Shown here: in pieces, positions 13,331-23,514 of the stretch | Layout of the letters: every line of letters begins with the position of its first letter | Numbering within the stretch: the stretch's first letter is position 1 | DNA from: Mobula hypostoma | Lineage: Eukaryota | DNA: 64,000 bases | Assembly (NCBI RefSeq): GCF_963921235.1 | Contig: NC_086097.1 | Location: 181,786,001-181,850,000, forward strand | Direction of reading: 5' to 3' | Notes under the pieces: model-generated | The model's input: the letters and a program-made list of their open reading frames with translations, nothing else | Databases searched by the model: none | Told to the model about the DNA's origin: nothing | Position numbers and translations under genes: made by a program

Positions 13331-13854
13331 TATTTTAGGTCTCAGAGCTCTGATGAGAAGTCTTCAACTTGAAACTTTAACTTTGCTTCTCTCTTCATAA
13401 ATGCTGCATGACTTGCTGAGTATTTTTTCCAACATTTTCTCTTTTAACTTCAGCTTTCCAGCATCTGTAGCTTCTTAGAACAGTATGCAGGTAATCCACC
13501 CAGGGAAGGGACCATACTGTAGGTAATGCGCTTGGCCAGGTGCTTAGAGTTTCAGTGGGACAGCATTTTGAGAATAGTGATCATAATTCTAAAACATTTC
13601 TGAAAAGCATTGAGGCTTGACCTCGGTATGTGCTAGGTTTTGGAAAGGTTCTTCATCATGCAATGCATTGAGGTTATTTCAGGGAAAATAGTAATATTGC
13701 AGAATAACGTGTTACAGTTACAGAGAAAGTGTAGTGGTCAGAGATCATATGAAACAGAACATATCAAGAAATCAATGCTTCCTGATAAGAGGGGGGATGT
13801 TTAAATCCTGCCCCATCATTCAGTGTGATTATGACCATTCTGCTGATATCACAG

Positions 13855-14712
13855 GGTTCAAAGGTACATTTAATGTCAGAGAAATGTATACAATATACAT
13901 CCTGAAAAGCTTTTTCTTTGCAACCGTCCCCGAAAAGAGGAGTGCCCCAAAGAATGAATGACAGTCAAAAGTTAGAACCCCAAAGACCCCCCAGCTTCCC
14001 TCTCGCCTGTGCACAAGCGGCAGCGGCAACAATCCCCCCCCTCACTGGCAAAAAAAAGCATCGGCACCCGCCATCGAGCGCTCAAGCATAAACAAAGCAC
14101 AGTAAAGACACAGACTTGCAGTTACCCCAAAGACTACATTGTTCAAGCAACACACATCAAAGTTGCTACATTATTCACCTGGCATTCGACATACTTCCGT
14201 GTCTGTCTGTCTGTCTGTCTCTCTCCCTCTTCTCCCCCCCCTCCCTAATAGGGGAGAAAGAGATATCAACGTTTCACAGCGAGTGGGGAGACACGACAAA
14301 CAACTCGCTGATATGTTAACAATGTTAAAAGTCCATTATGTAGCTTTTTTTGAGCTCTGTGTCCAAAGATCTTGAGTCTCTGGGTGTACAGCCATAGATC
14401 TTCCAACTCCCCCGACGACACATGGGTCTCCTGCCGTGACACCAACCTTCGATCTGCCTGTCTCCAGAGCCCCAAGACCATAGGCCTCCAAAGGTGAGCT
14501 GAACTCTTAGGCCGAGCCCTTGGCGAGCCGAACAATGGCCAGTTATGAAACCCCGAGAGCAGGTCCCATTTCTGCAAAGACCCATTGGCTGTGTGTAACT
14601 CCAGGTCAGGGTCTTCAAAAGAACCCTGAAAGGGAAAAATAAAGTTATTAAAGATGGAAATAGAGCTATTTCTGAAGATGCAAGCAAAGGAGTTGTCGTT
14701 TAGCACCATCAT
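13855..14712 (-). mobile_element. Probable non-autonomous non-LTR element (Rex1/L2-like ends)
   Basis: Minus strand starts GATGGTGCTAAACGAC and ends ..TATACATTTCTCTGACATTAAATGTACCTTTGAACC, resembling other Rex1-type 3' ends in the window; no coding similarity seen. Confidence 0.45.
14146..14165. mobile_element. 20-bp micro-insertion of the Penelope terminus
   Basis: AGCAACACACATCAAAGTTG, identical to part of the 2328-2504 copy, flanked by CTACATTGTTCA (14134-14145) / CTACATTATTCA (14166-14177). Confidence 0.7.
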
Positions 14713-14839
14713 CCGTTTGCTCTGCCTCCACTGAACGTGCATATATCTTGCTGTAGTTGAAAGCTTTTCTCCTTGCTGGCAATCACACGGTCAATGTCTG
14801 TATATGTGCAGTTTTTGTCCCCTTGACAGAAGATATACA

Positions 14840-15270
14840 GCCTTTGGAGGTGATTCAGAGGAGGTTCACTGTTAATTTTGGAGATGAGGGGTTTGGCCTA
14901 TGAGGAGACTGTACCTACCCAGGATCGTACCTGTTGGAATTGAGACTGAGAAGGGATCTAATGGAAACATATGAAATTATGAAAGGGATAGATGAGATAC
15001 AGGTAGTAAAGTTGTTTCCATTGGAAGATGAGACCAGAATTAGGGGACATAGCCTTACCAATCCAGGGTAATAGATTAGGATAGAAATGAGAAGAAACTG
15101 TCTTTCCCAGCAAGGACTGAATCGGTGAAATTTTCTGTCTAGGAAAGTAGCAGAGGCACTACCTCATAAAATATATTTAAGACACAATTAAATAGATTTT
15201 TGCACAGCGGGGGATTCAGGGTTATGTGGAAAAAGCGGACAAGTACAGCCGAGTCCATGGCCAGATCAAC
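14840..15270 (+). mobile_element. CR1 3' fragment abutting the CpG island
   Basis: LEVIQRRFT, LRRDLMETYEIMKGID, ETRIRGHSL remnants. Confidence 0.75.
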
Positions 15271-15389
15271 AGTGAATGCTGTTCAAAGAGGTCCGCCGGT
15301 GCAAGACCTTGGAGAGGGTGTTACAGGGGTGGGAGTACGGTACACATAACCCTGGGGAGGGGGGACGGGACTACTGTGTTGATGAGGGC

Positions 15390-16260
15390 ATCGGATTGCG
15401 ATGCGCCCCCAATTCCAGCTGTGAGTCGCATATGCCCGCGCTCCAGCTGCGGACCCAGGCGGGCGGGGGCTGGAGCACGTGGTAGGCGTGACCAGGGGCG
15501 TGCCCGGAGTGTTGGCGCGCTGACGTGAGTGTGCGTGTGGCGTGCGCGGGCGGAGAGTGCGGGCGGCGCGGAGGGTGTTTGACCCGAATTAGCGGAGCTT
15601 GCGGGCGGGCGGCGGAAAATCCAAACAATAAACCCGGGCGGGTGGGCGGCGGCGGCAACAACAGCAGCAGCAGGGCGGGGGATGGAGCGGAGCGGCGCCG
15701 GCCTCCGGCATCAGGCTCGCGGCTGCACCCTACGCTGAGGTAACGGACCGGCCTTTGTGATCAGCGGCGAGGGTCCCGGGCCCGGGCCACGCCTGACCCG
15801 ACCTCCCGACCCGGTCTCCCCTCCCTGACCGGCCCCCGACCCCTTCACCTCGGCCGCTGGCCATGAACTTCCAGTCTCCGCCGGCACTCTTGGCCGGCTC
15901 CCCGGGCTCTGGCTCTGGCTCCGGCTCCGGCTCGGGCTCCGGGGGCTCAGTGTCGGTGCTGGGGCCGCCCGGCGGGGCTCTTGCCTTGGGATGCGGCTCG
16001 GGCTCCGGCTCCATGCCAGTGCTATCGCACTCGGGTTCCAGCTCGGCCTCTGCCGCCTCCCCGGCTCCGGCGCTGTCCAACTCGGCGGCTATCCGGGCGG
16101 AGATCCAGCGCTTCGAGAGCGTGCACCCCAACATCTACGCCATCTACGACCTGATCGAGAGGGTCGAGGACGTGGGGCTGCAGAACCAGATTCGGGAGCA
16201 TGTCATCAGCATCGAAGGTAGGCACTGGCATTCGATCGCTCCCCAGCCTGGCGACAGAAA
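15390..16260. promoter_or_regulatory. CpG island and promoter of AGAP3
   Basis: Sharp rise in GC and CpG against an AT-rich, CpG-poor background; GC box GGGCGGGG (15461), E-box CACGTG (15476-15481), CRE-like TGACGT (15521); overlaps the first coding exon. Confidence 0.85.
15863..16217 (+). CDS. AGAP3: First coding exon of Arf-GAP with GTPase, ANK repeat and PH domain protein 3
   Basis: Starts MNFQ and ends [49 protein letters not shown], matching the vertebrate AGAP3 N-terminus as I recall it (AGAP1 has MNYQ..IYSIYELLER). Phase-1 donor GAAG|GTAGGC at 16217/16218 falls where the protein continues D-S-F-V-N. Confidence 0.93.
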
Positions 16261-17130
16261 TCCGGTTATTGCATTGGTAGCCAATTACTATTGGGAACCA
16301 GTACCAGTTACTGATTCATCACACCCGTTGCTGACCCCCGATTAATGCGTTGACAGTCCTCACTATTTGAAATCAAAGCAGGTTACGGACCCGATTGTTT
16401 AATCGATACACCCTCACCAATGGAACCAGCATCGATTACAGACCCGGTAATTAAACCCGATGTAGACCCCAAATTATTGCATCGTTACCCGATTAGTGTT
16501 GGGAAGCAGCACAATGACTGACCCCGGATTACCGGGAACCCCACCGATTACTGATTTACAATTAATGAATGCATCGATTTCTGACTTTCCGATCGTTGTC
16601 GATAGCAAATTACTACTGAGAACCAATACTGACTAGGTATTCTGTCACTGTTGGGAACGGACACCGTATACTGATCCACATTATTGTATCAATGCATATT
16701 GTATCATTCGTGAGAATCAACACCGGTTACTGACTCCCGATTATTGCATCGATATTCTCACACAATGGAGCACCGATACCTTTTTTTTCCATTGCGGATT
16801 AACGGGCCCTTCACTGTCGTGCAGCCGCACTGGCTGATTTCCGATTATTGCAATGATGCCCTTCACTACTGGGCACTAATAGTGTTTTCCGATTATTTTA
16901 ACGATTTCCCTTCACCGCCTGGAATCTATAGGGATTACTGATTTCCGACTATTATCTCGATACCCTTCCTATCTATGTAGGCACCAACACAGTTTAGTAA
17001 CTCCTGATTATCGATAGACCCTGACCACCGAGCACCTGCACCGGTTATCGACTGCCTATTGTTGCAGATGTCACTTCTGTACCTCTGGGTCACTCGCCGC
17101 TCGAATCCCGATCGTCTTTCGACTAGTTGT
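16255..17130. repeat. Degenerate tandem repeat, period about 50-59 bp, CpG-retaining
   Basis: Core CCGATTATTGCATCGAT variants at 16338, 16391, 16444, 16737, 16841, 16889, 16945, 17004, 17055 and 17108, often preceded by CCGGTTACTGAC-like sequence. Confidence 0.7.
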
Positions 17131-19049
17131 AATCGAGTTAATTTGACATTTATCTGCGTTTATTTCGTCTTGAATATTTTAATTCGTGTTTAATAACTAA
17201 AGCGGGTTGCAATTATTTGGAATATCTGTTTTGTAAATACTGTAATGAATGCATTCTTTAGAATATTTGCAGGGTATTTCTGTATGGGGAGCTGGATTAA
17301 CTGGATTCAGAGTTTGAGTGCATACGATGTTAAGTTATACTATTGTGTCAGTAATGTGTTGGTTAATGCTGAGTACACTTATGAATTGAATGTGATTCTG
17401 GAGTAATGGTGTTTTGAATAGTGAGGTCTGAGGGGATGGCAGATTTACTGAAATTAAGATGTATGTTTTCGACGTTGAGCAGATATGTTTAGGTCCCTAT
17501 AATTTCATATTTGAGATTGTTTGAATTGTCATTTGAGGAATGAAGATCAACTTCAACCAATTTTGGTTTTGATAACTGGATGATTTTTGCTTTTGAAAGC
17601 CCCATTGATTACACTGAGTTCAGAAGGTTGGATCTATCGTCATTTAAATGTTGCATGTCTTTAATATGCATCTTTATTGAACTGAAATGAAAATCGGCCA
17701 ATAACTAAATTTACAAAGAGAAGATTTTAGGAACCTGGTAACGTTTAAGTATATTTACAGGCATAAGATGTGATGCTCCAAGCTATTAATAGTATATTTC
17801 TTTGTGTCTGTTAGGTGATCTCTTCCTCCCCCCCCCCCACCATTTCTAACACTGAAATAAGGTCTTTGTGTAAAAGGGATACAGTTTATTTACCTCGTAT
17901 TAGACCTTGTCACGTCATGTACTAGAAGAGAAGAGGGTATTTCTGGAACTTGGTTTGAGCTTGAGTTCATTATCAAGTTTCTATCCTGCAACTCTGAACA
18001 ATGGAGCGGTTTTGATGCACAGTATAGAGTCCTGAAACTGAGTGCATGTTTGCTTGTTTATGTAACATAACTAGAGCAGGACGGTGAGTACAAATGATAG
18101 TGGAATGGGCAACCTGAGCACTGGTGCTGTGTGACACTGTCGCAGTCTGAATGAAGACCTCATCAAATTGACAGCTCTGCAGTATTACCCAGCTGTTCAA
18201 GCTCTGCACTGTGGTAGGCAGAAATGTGATTATATTAAGCCATTTGTTTCAGTGAAATCCATATCTGGAGGACCCCATCTTGTAAAGTTCATGAGCCTAA
18301 TATTAGTTTTAATGCAGCATTGTAACAGAACAATGTGTGGGCGTCCCAGTCATTTGGAGTATGTGGCGAACACTGCTTTACTTGACCACTGGAAGAAACT
18401 TAATGGACAAATATGTGAATTCCATTCCAGAGTTTACCAATGGGTGCTTTCTTGTGTGGCTTCATTTTATTAAAATATTCTTGTAATTTGTGTGCGTGAG
18501 TTAATAGAGGACTCTTTATGATAGCATGTTGGATCATTGTCGTTTGCTAATGGCTCATTGATAGTTTGATTTTGCCCCTTAACCGTCAGTTTGTTCTGCC
18601 TGTTATTTGTGCTTGAAAGTGAGGTTTAAGTTTCTTTGACAGCTGTGAGATGATTAGCTTATAATGGAACATGCATTTGGAGAGGTTGGGGTGGGGTATA
18701 TTTGTTCAGGGTTGCATGTTCCTTTTCCAGCTCCTGAATTCGTTTGTCCGAAGTAAAAGTAACAAGGATTCAATTGTGGTGAGAAGATAAAGCTGGAAAA
18801 GCAATGGAATGAGTAAAGGTTTGGAGATAATAGTAATGAATTAGTAAAATTGCAAAGAGGTGGCAAGACAGTTTTCAACTGGATACCTTGGGATTGTACA
18901 TTTTGGGCACATGGAGTTGATCTATAAATACAGGGAAACTGCTCAATACGTAGAGTCTCAAAATGCAACTTCAAGCTGTAAGATAAATTTGTTGCATTTT
19001 TTGGTGACATTTACACCTGTAACAGACTAAAATAAGTGGTTTTTTAGAC

Positions 19050-20185
19050 AGTAAAAATGTTATCAAAAATTACAAGAGGATCTAAGTCAGCTGGGTAAAT
19101 GAGCAAAGGAATGGCAAGTGGTGTTCAATTCAGTTAAGTGCATTGATGCATTTTGGGAAGTCACAACAGGGTCAGGAATTTTCACTTGACAGTAGGACTT
19201 GGGAGGATCCTGGGAGAAAAAGTACGTAATTTCATTAAAGTGGTAGTAGGATGATAAAAAAGATGTTTGGCTTTCTAGCATTCATCAGTCAGGGCATTGG
19301 ATTTTGGAATTAGAATATCATGTTGCAGTTGTATAAGGTATACGTGAGGGCTGTATCTGGAGTATTGTGTATAGTCCTGGTTGCTCTGTTACGGAATATA
19401 TGTCATCAAGCTTGAAAGAGTGAAAAGGGGGCCAGCTGGTGGTGCAGTGACATCGGCGCCGGACTCTGGAATGGGGGTTCCCGGGTTCAAACCCAGACGG
19501 GGCTGCTCCCGAGTACGCTTTCCATCCGTGCCGGGTTGAGTGACGAGATCGCAACTCGACCTCGTAAAAATAAAAGGGAAAAGTGCTGTGAAATGTCTGT
19601 GTGGGGAGTGGCGCGCCACACAGTCTCTCTCTCTCTCGCTCCGTGCCTTGTAAAGGCGTGAAAAAGACATCGTCCTGCCAACATTGCACATGCATGGACG
19701 CACGCACACAGATGTACATGCCAAAAAAAAAAGTGCAAAGGATTTTTATGAATTTGGCCCGTACTTGAGAGCCTGAGTTATGGGGAGAGGTTGGGACTCT
19801 ATTCCATGCAGCATTGGAAACTGAGCAATGACTTTATAGAGGTTTATAAAATCATGTGGGGCATTGGTAGGGTGATTGCACACACTCTATTTGCTAGGGA
19901 AAGAGGATCAAAAATTAGAGGATAAAGGTTTAAGGGGAGAGTGGAGAGATTTAAAAGAGACTTGTGGGGGTAACTTTTTCACACACGGATGGTCGGTATA
20001 TCGAGCAACCTGTCAGAGAAAGTGATACAATAAAGGACAATAGCAACATTTAAAACAGACTTGGACAAGTACATGAATGGGAAAGGTTTTGAGGGACTTG
20101 GGCAGGTGGGACTAGCTTAGAGGCCATCTTAGTTGGCATGGATGATTTGGGTTAAAGGGGCTGCTTCCTTGTGTTACTCTGACTC
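19050..20185 (+). mobile_element. CR1 3' fragment hosting a SINE
   Basis: MLQLYKVYVRAVSGVLC-like remnant before the SINE, then DFIEVYKIMWGI and 3' UTR after it. Confidence 0.75.
19427..19732 (+). mobile_element. tRNA-derived SINE, relatively young
   Basis: A box TGGTGCAGTGA (19440-19450), B box GGTTCAAACCC (19484-19494), CpGs retained, A10 tail, TSD AAAGAGTGAAAAGG / AAAAAGTGCAAAGG. Confidence 0.85.
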
Positions 20186-21018
20186 CCAACCTTGCATCTT
20201 TGGACCAGTATTTTGACTGACCTTATTGCTTGAAGTCATCTAAAACTGCAGCCTGTGACCTAAATCACATCACCTTCAGTTCACTAATTGCACCTTTACT
20301 ATCTGAAATCCACAAACAACTGGTTAAGTGGTGGCTTGGGTTTAAATACTACTTGTTTGCAAATCTCTGTGTGGTGCTTCCCCTTCCCTGTGTCTGTAGT
20401 CACCCCAACCCTGTGACATTCTGTGCTGCTTTAATTCTGCTGTTTGCAATTGGCAAACTTGCATCGAGATCAATTCATGCCCTAAATCACTACCCGTCCT
20501 GAAGGGCTTCTTCAAGGTTACATCTTCGATTGAGCTTTAGATCATTTGCCCTCAGTCATTTGGTAATAATTGTATGAAGAGGTTGGTTTTGATATGGCAG
20601 ATGGTGCTAAGTAAATGTATGTGTATGTGAATAGAAGATTTATTGTATATCTGGCATAATAATATGTAGGACAGGGCTCAAGTATTGTCATTAGCATTGA
20701 GACCTCCTGTAACAAAGATTTAAAACTGTGTTTGTAAGTATATTTCATCTTTGGCTTGCTTGTTCAATTGAAGAAATAAAATGTAAGTCAGTTTTTTCTT
20801 TTTTTTTCATACGGCTGCATTATAATAAAAATATGTCCAGAGCTCACAGGAGGGATTTGGATCATGTACAGGCAGAAAAGAGAGAGTTTAATTCCTGTTC
20901 TGTACTGTTCTCTGTCCTGTGACAGAGATGAGATCCAGTTGCTGGATTGTCTGCTGAGTTACTTGTGCAAATATGCAAGTTAGTTTGTTGTTCCCAGAAC
21001 AATATTGATTTATTTTTA

Positions 21019-21229
21019 AGCAACATACATCAAAGTTGCTGGTGAACGCAGCAGGCCAAGCAGCATCTATAGGAAGAGGCGCAGTCGACGTTTCAGGTCG
21101 AGACCCTTTGTGCCTCGGCCTGAAACGTCGACTGCGCCTCTTCCTATAGATGCTGCTTGGCCTGCTGCGTTCACCAGCAACTTTGATGTATGTTGCTTGA
21201 ATTTCCAGCATCTGCAGAATTCCTGTTGT
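21019..21229. mobile_element. Penelope-terminus-derived fold-back mini-insertion (85-bp hairpin)
   Basis: Arms 21018-21102 and 21114-21198 with one mismatch; perfect 14-bp TSD TTGATTTATTTTTA (21005-21018, 21230-21243). Confidence 0.9.
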
Positions 21230-23049
21230 TTGATTTATTTTTAGACAGTTTTACCTTTGCTTAGTCGTACCCATTTGATGTTTTCTGGGCTGCATCTGGA
21301 GCTGTATGTTTTTTATTAACCTCCCCTCACCCCCCACTTTTTCCTGGATATGTCTGGATATGTTTGCATACGTTCAAATACTGTTCCTTGGTTAGTTTGC
21401 GGATCTGTCAAACGTTCAGAGTGAAGTCCTGATGTCACGGTATTTGCAGACCTTGATCAGGAGAGGGCTCTGGCTGGATTTCTTTCCTGTTCTCAAAGTT
21501 CCTTTTAATTCTCAAGCCTCAGCCAGCCAAACCCACCCTCCAACTATGTAATGATGTGAATAATGTGGGATTACATTGACTGGGTCCTGAAGATTGATGA
21601 AACATTGCAAAGGTTATTTATATGAAACCATGGGGAGAAGCAGAACTGTGTGTGTAATTCACGGGAATAATGTAACCAATTTGGTTATTTGGCAGGTCAG
21701 TGTAATGGCTATTTTGATTGTGATAAGTTCTTTAGGCCCATTGTATTCATGTCAGTTGCAGCTTTCAGGAATATATGAATATACAGGAATATACAGTAAA
21801 CTACTGGTCTAGTATGTTTTTGTACTTTTGAGGATTGTGTATATGTATTTGTTTGATAAACACAGGCCACTAATTTAAAGAAAAAATTGGTAGTGATATG
21901 ATTGAACTCTCATGATTTTTTTTAAGGTAGTAGTTTTCTTCCAGGAAATTAAGTAGATTTTGTGCCAGAGGCTATAACATTATGTAAAAGGGACATGGAT
22001 AAATGTTTCAAGAAGAATGTTAAAGCACACTGGAAGAGGATGCAGAGATATGATTGCAGTTGAGGTAACAGCTGCTGCTAGATCTGGATCAATTTGTTCC
22101 TACCCGCTTGTCATTCCTGTTTCTAATTCATTCTTGGAATATGGATACCACCTGTGGACCAAAGTTTGTTGTCAATCCCCAGTGGATTTTGAACTGAATG
22201 GCTTGCTCAGCCATATTAAGGGCAGTTGTGATCAGCATCAGGGATATGTTGCAAATTTTTCTTCCTTTAAGTGAATCGTGGAATTACATGACAATTCTGT
22301 AGCTTCGTTGTTGGTATTTTAAATTCTTTAGATAACTAAATTTAATTTGTACAGCTGCTATAGGATTTGAACTTGTGTATCTCTGTCACTAGTTCAAACC
22401 TGTGGGTTACAAGTCTAGTAAATTAACAACTGTGTAACTATGCACCTAAAGTTTGGTCCATTCTTTATAATTAAAATAAAGATTCTGCCTCTTCTCTGCA
22501 CTGCAAGGTTCTTCAAGTCTTCCTTCTGCTTTATTGTGACATTTTCATCTGCTCCACTACCTTTTAGCCTTCATATTTCTGTAATATGGATTGTAATTTG
22601 GCTTTCTGATAACTCTTTTACTAAGGATTCCAGCTCTGCTGCCCACTATTGAATCCTGCTGTATTCCAAGGATGTACTGCAGCAGACTGATGTCATCCGT
22701 GTTATAAACTGCAGCATTCTGCCTCCTCACATTGTTATTGTGAGTATATCAGAGGTTTTGGATCCATTATTCAAATGTTTGTCTTAAAATTTATTGATCT
22801 CAGTCTTCAGTATACTCAAATAAGTATGGACAAACGTATAAATTTTCAACACAACTCTGTAATTATGGCAAGTCTTCTAACTCTTTGCAATAAAAAGGAG
22901 CATACCATTTATCTGCCTAATTATCTTTGTCATAGCAATGGGTCTTTCAGCCCACTGAGTCTGTGCTGACCATCAAATACACAACTACCTTACTCTGTTA
23001 TTATCCCATTTTATTCATCTCTCATTCCCGTTCATTTCTTGCTGAAACT

Positions 23050-23260
23050 ACTCACCTATACACCGCAGGCAGTCTATTGTGGCCAGTTAATTTACCAATC
23101 CACATGTTCCTGGAATGTGGGAGATAGGAGAACATTTGGAGGAAATCCATGTGGTTACCAAGAAGTTTCAGCCTCCACACAGACAACACCAGAGTTCAGG
23201 ATCAAACCTGGACTGCTGGAGCTGTGGTGGTGCCTCCTCTACCTGTATTACTGTGCAAAC
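23050..23260 (-). mobile_element. V-SINE/HE1-like SINE remnant (similar remnants near 28880-29060 -, 53480-53660 +, 55330-55500 +)
   Basis: Minus strand shows a B-box-like GGTTTGATCC, then ..CTCCCACATTCCAGGAACATG..GGTAAATTAACTGGCCAC, resembling the V-domain SINE body. Confidence 0.6.
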
Positions 23261-23514
23261 TTGATCGCTGGATCTGTATTATAAATTTCTGCATGTTATC
23301 AACCAACGGTTGTGTCACATTTAACTGTTCTTCCAAATGAAATAGATAACCTTGCATTTTCCATGACAAACAAGAGAAAATCATGTCACTTGCCATAGTA
23401 TACATTCACTATCCTTAACCATTTGCAGAAAATCTGTTTCCCCCTTTCCAGCTTGCTTTTCTGCCATACCTTCTATTAGCAAACTCAATACAGTATAGTT
23501 GGTCTTTCCTAGAG

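Noticed and set aside
15226..16231. Several overlapping GC-rich ORFs on both strands, such as 15730..16134 (-) with PEPEPE
   Set aside because: By-products of the CpG island and the antisense of the GS-repeat exon; no independent family similarity.
16218..16345. C-terminal part of ORF 15863..16345 ([10 protein letters not shown]...)
   Set aside because: Read-through into the intron; AGAP3 similarity stops exactly at the GT donor.
16255..17130. CRISPR-like repeat-spacer array
   Set aside because: Vertebrate intron, highly degenerate units with related inter-core sequence, and no cas genes; a decayed minisatellite fits better.
19427..19500. tRNA gene
   Set aside because: A and B boxes are present but continue into a SINE body with A tail and TSD; no convincing acceptor stem.
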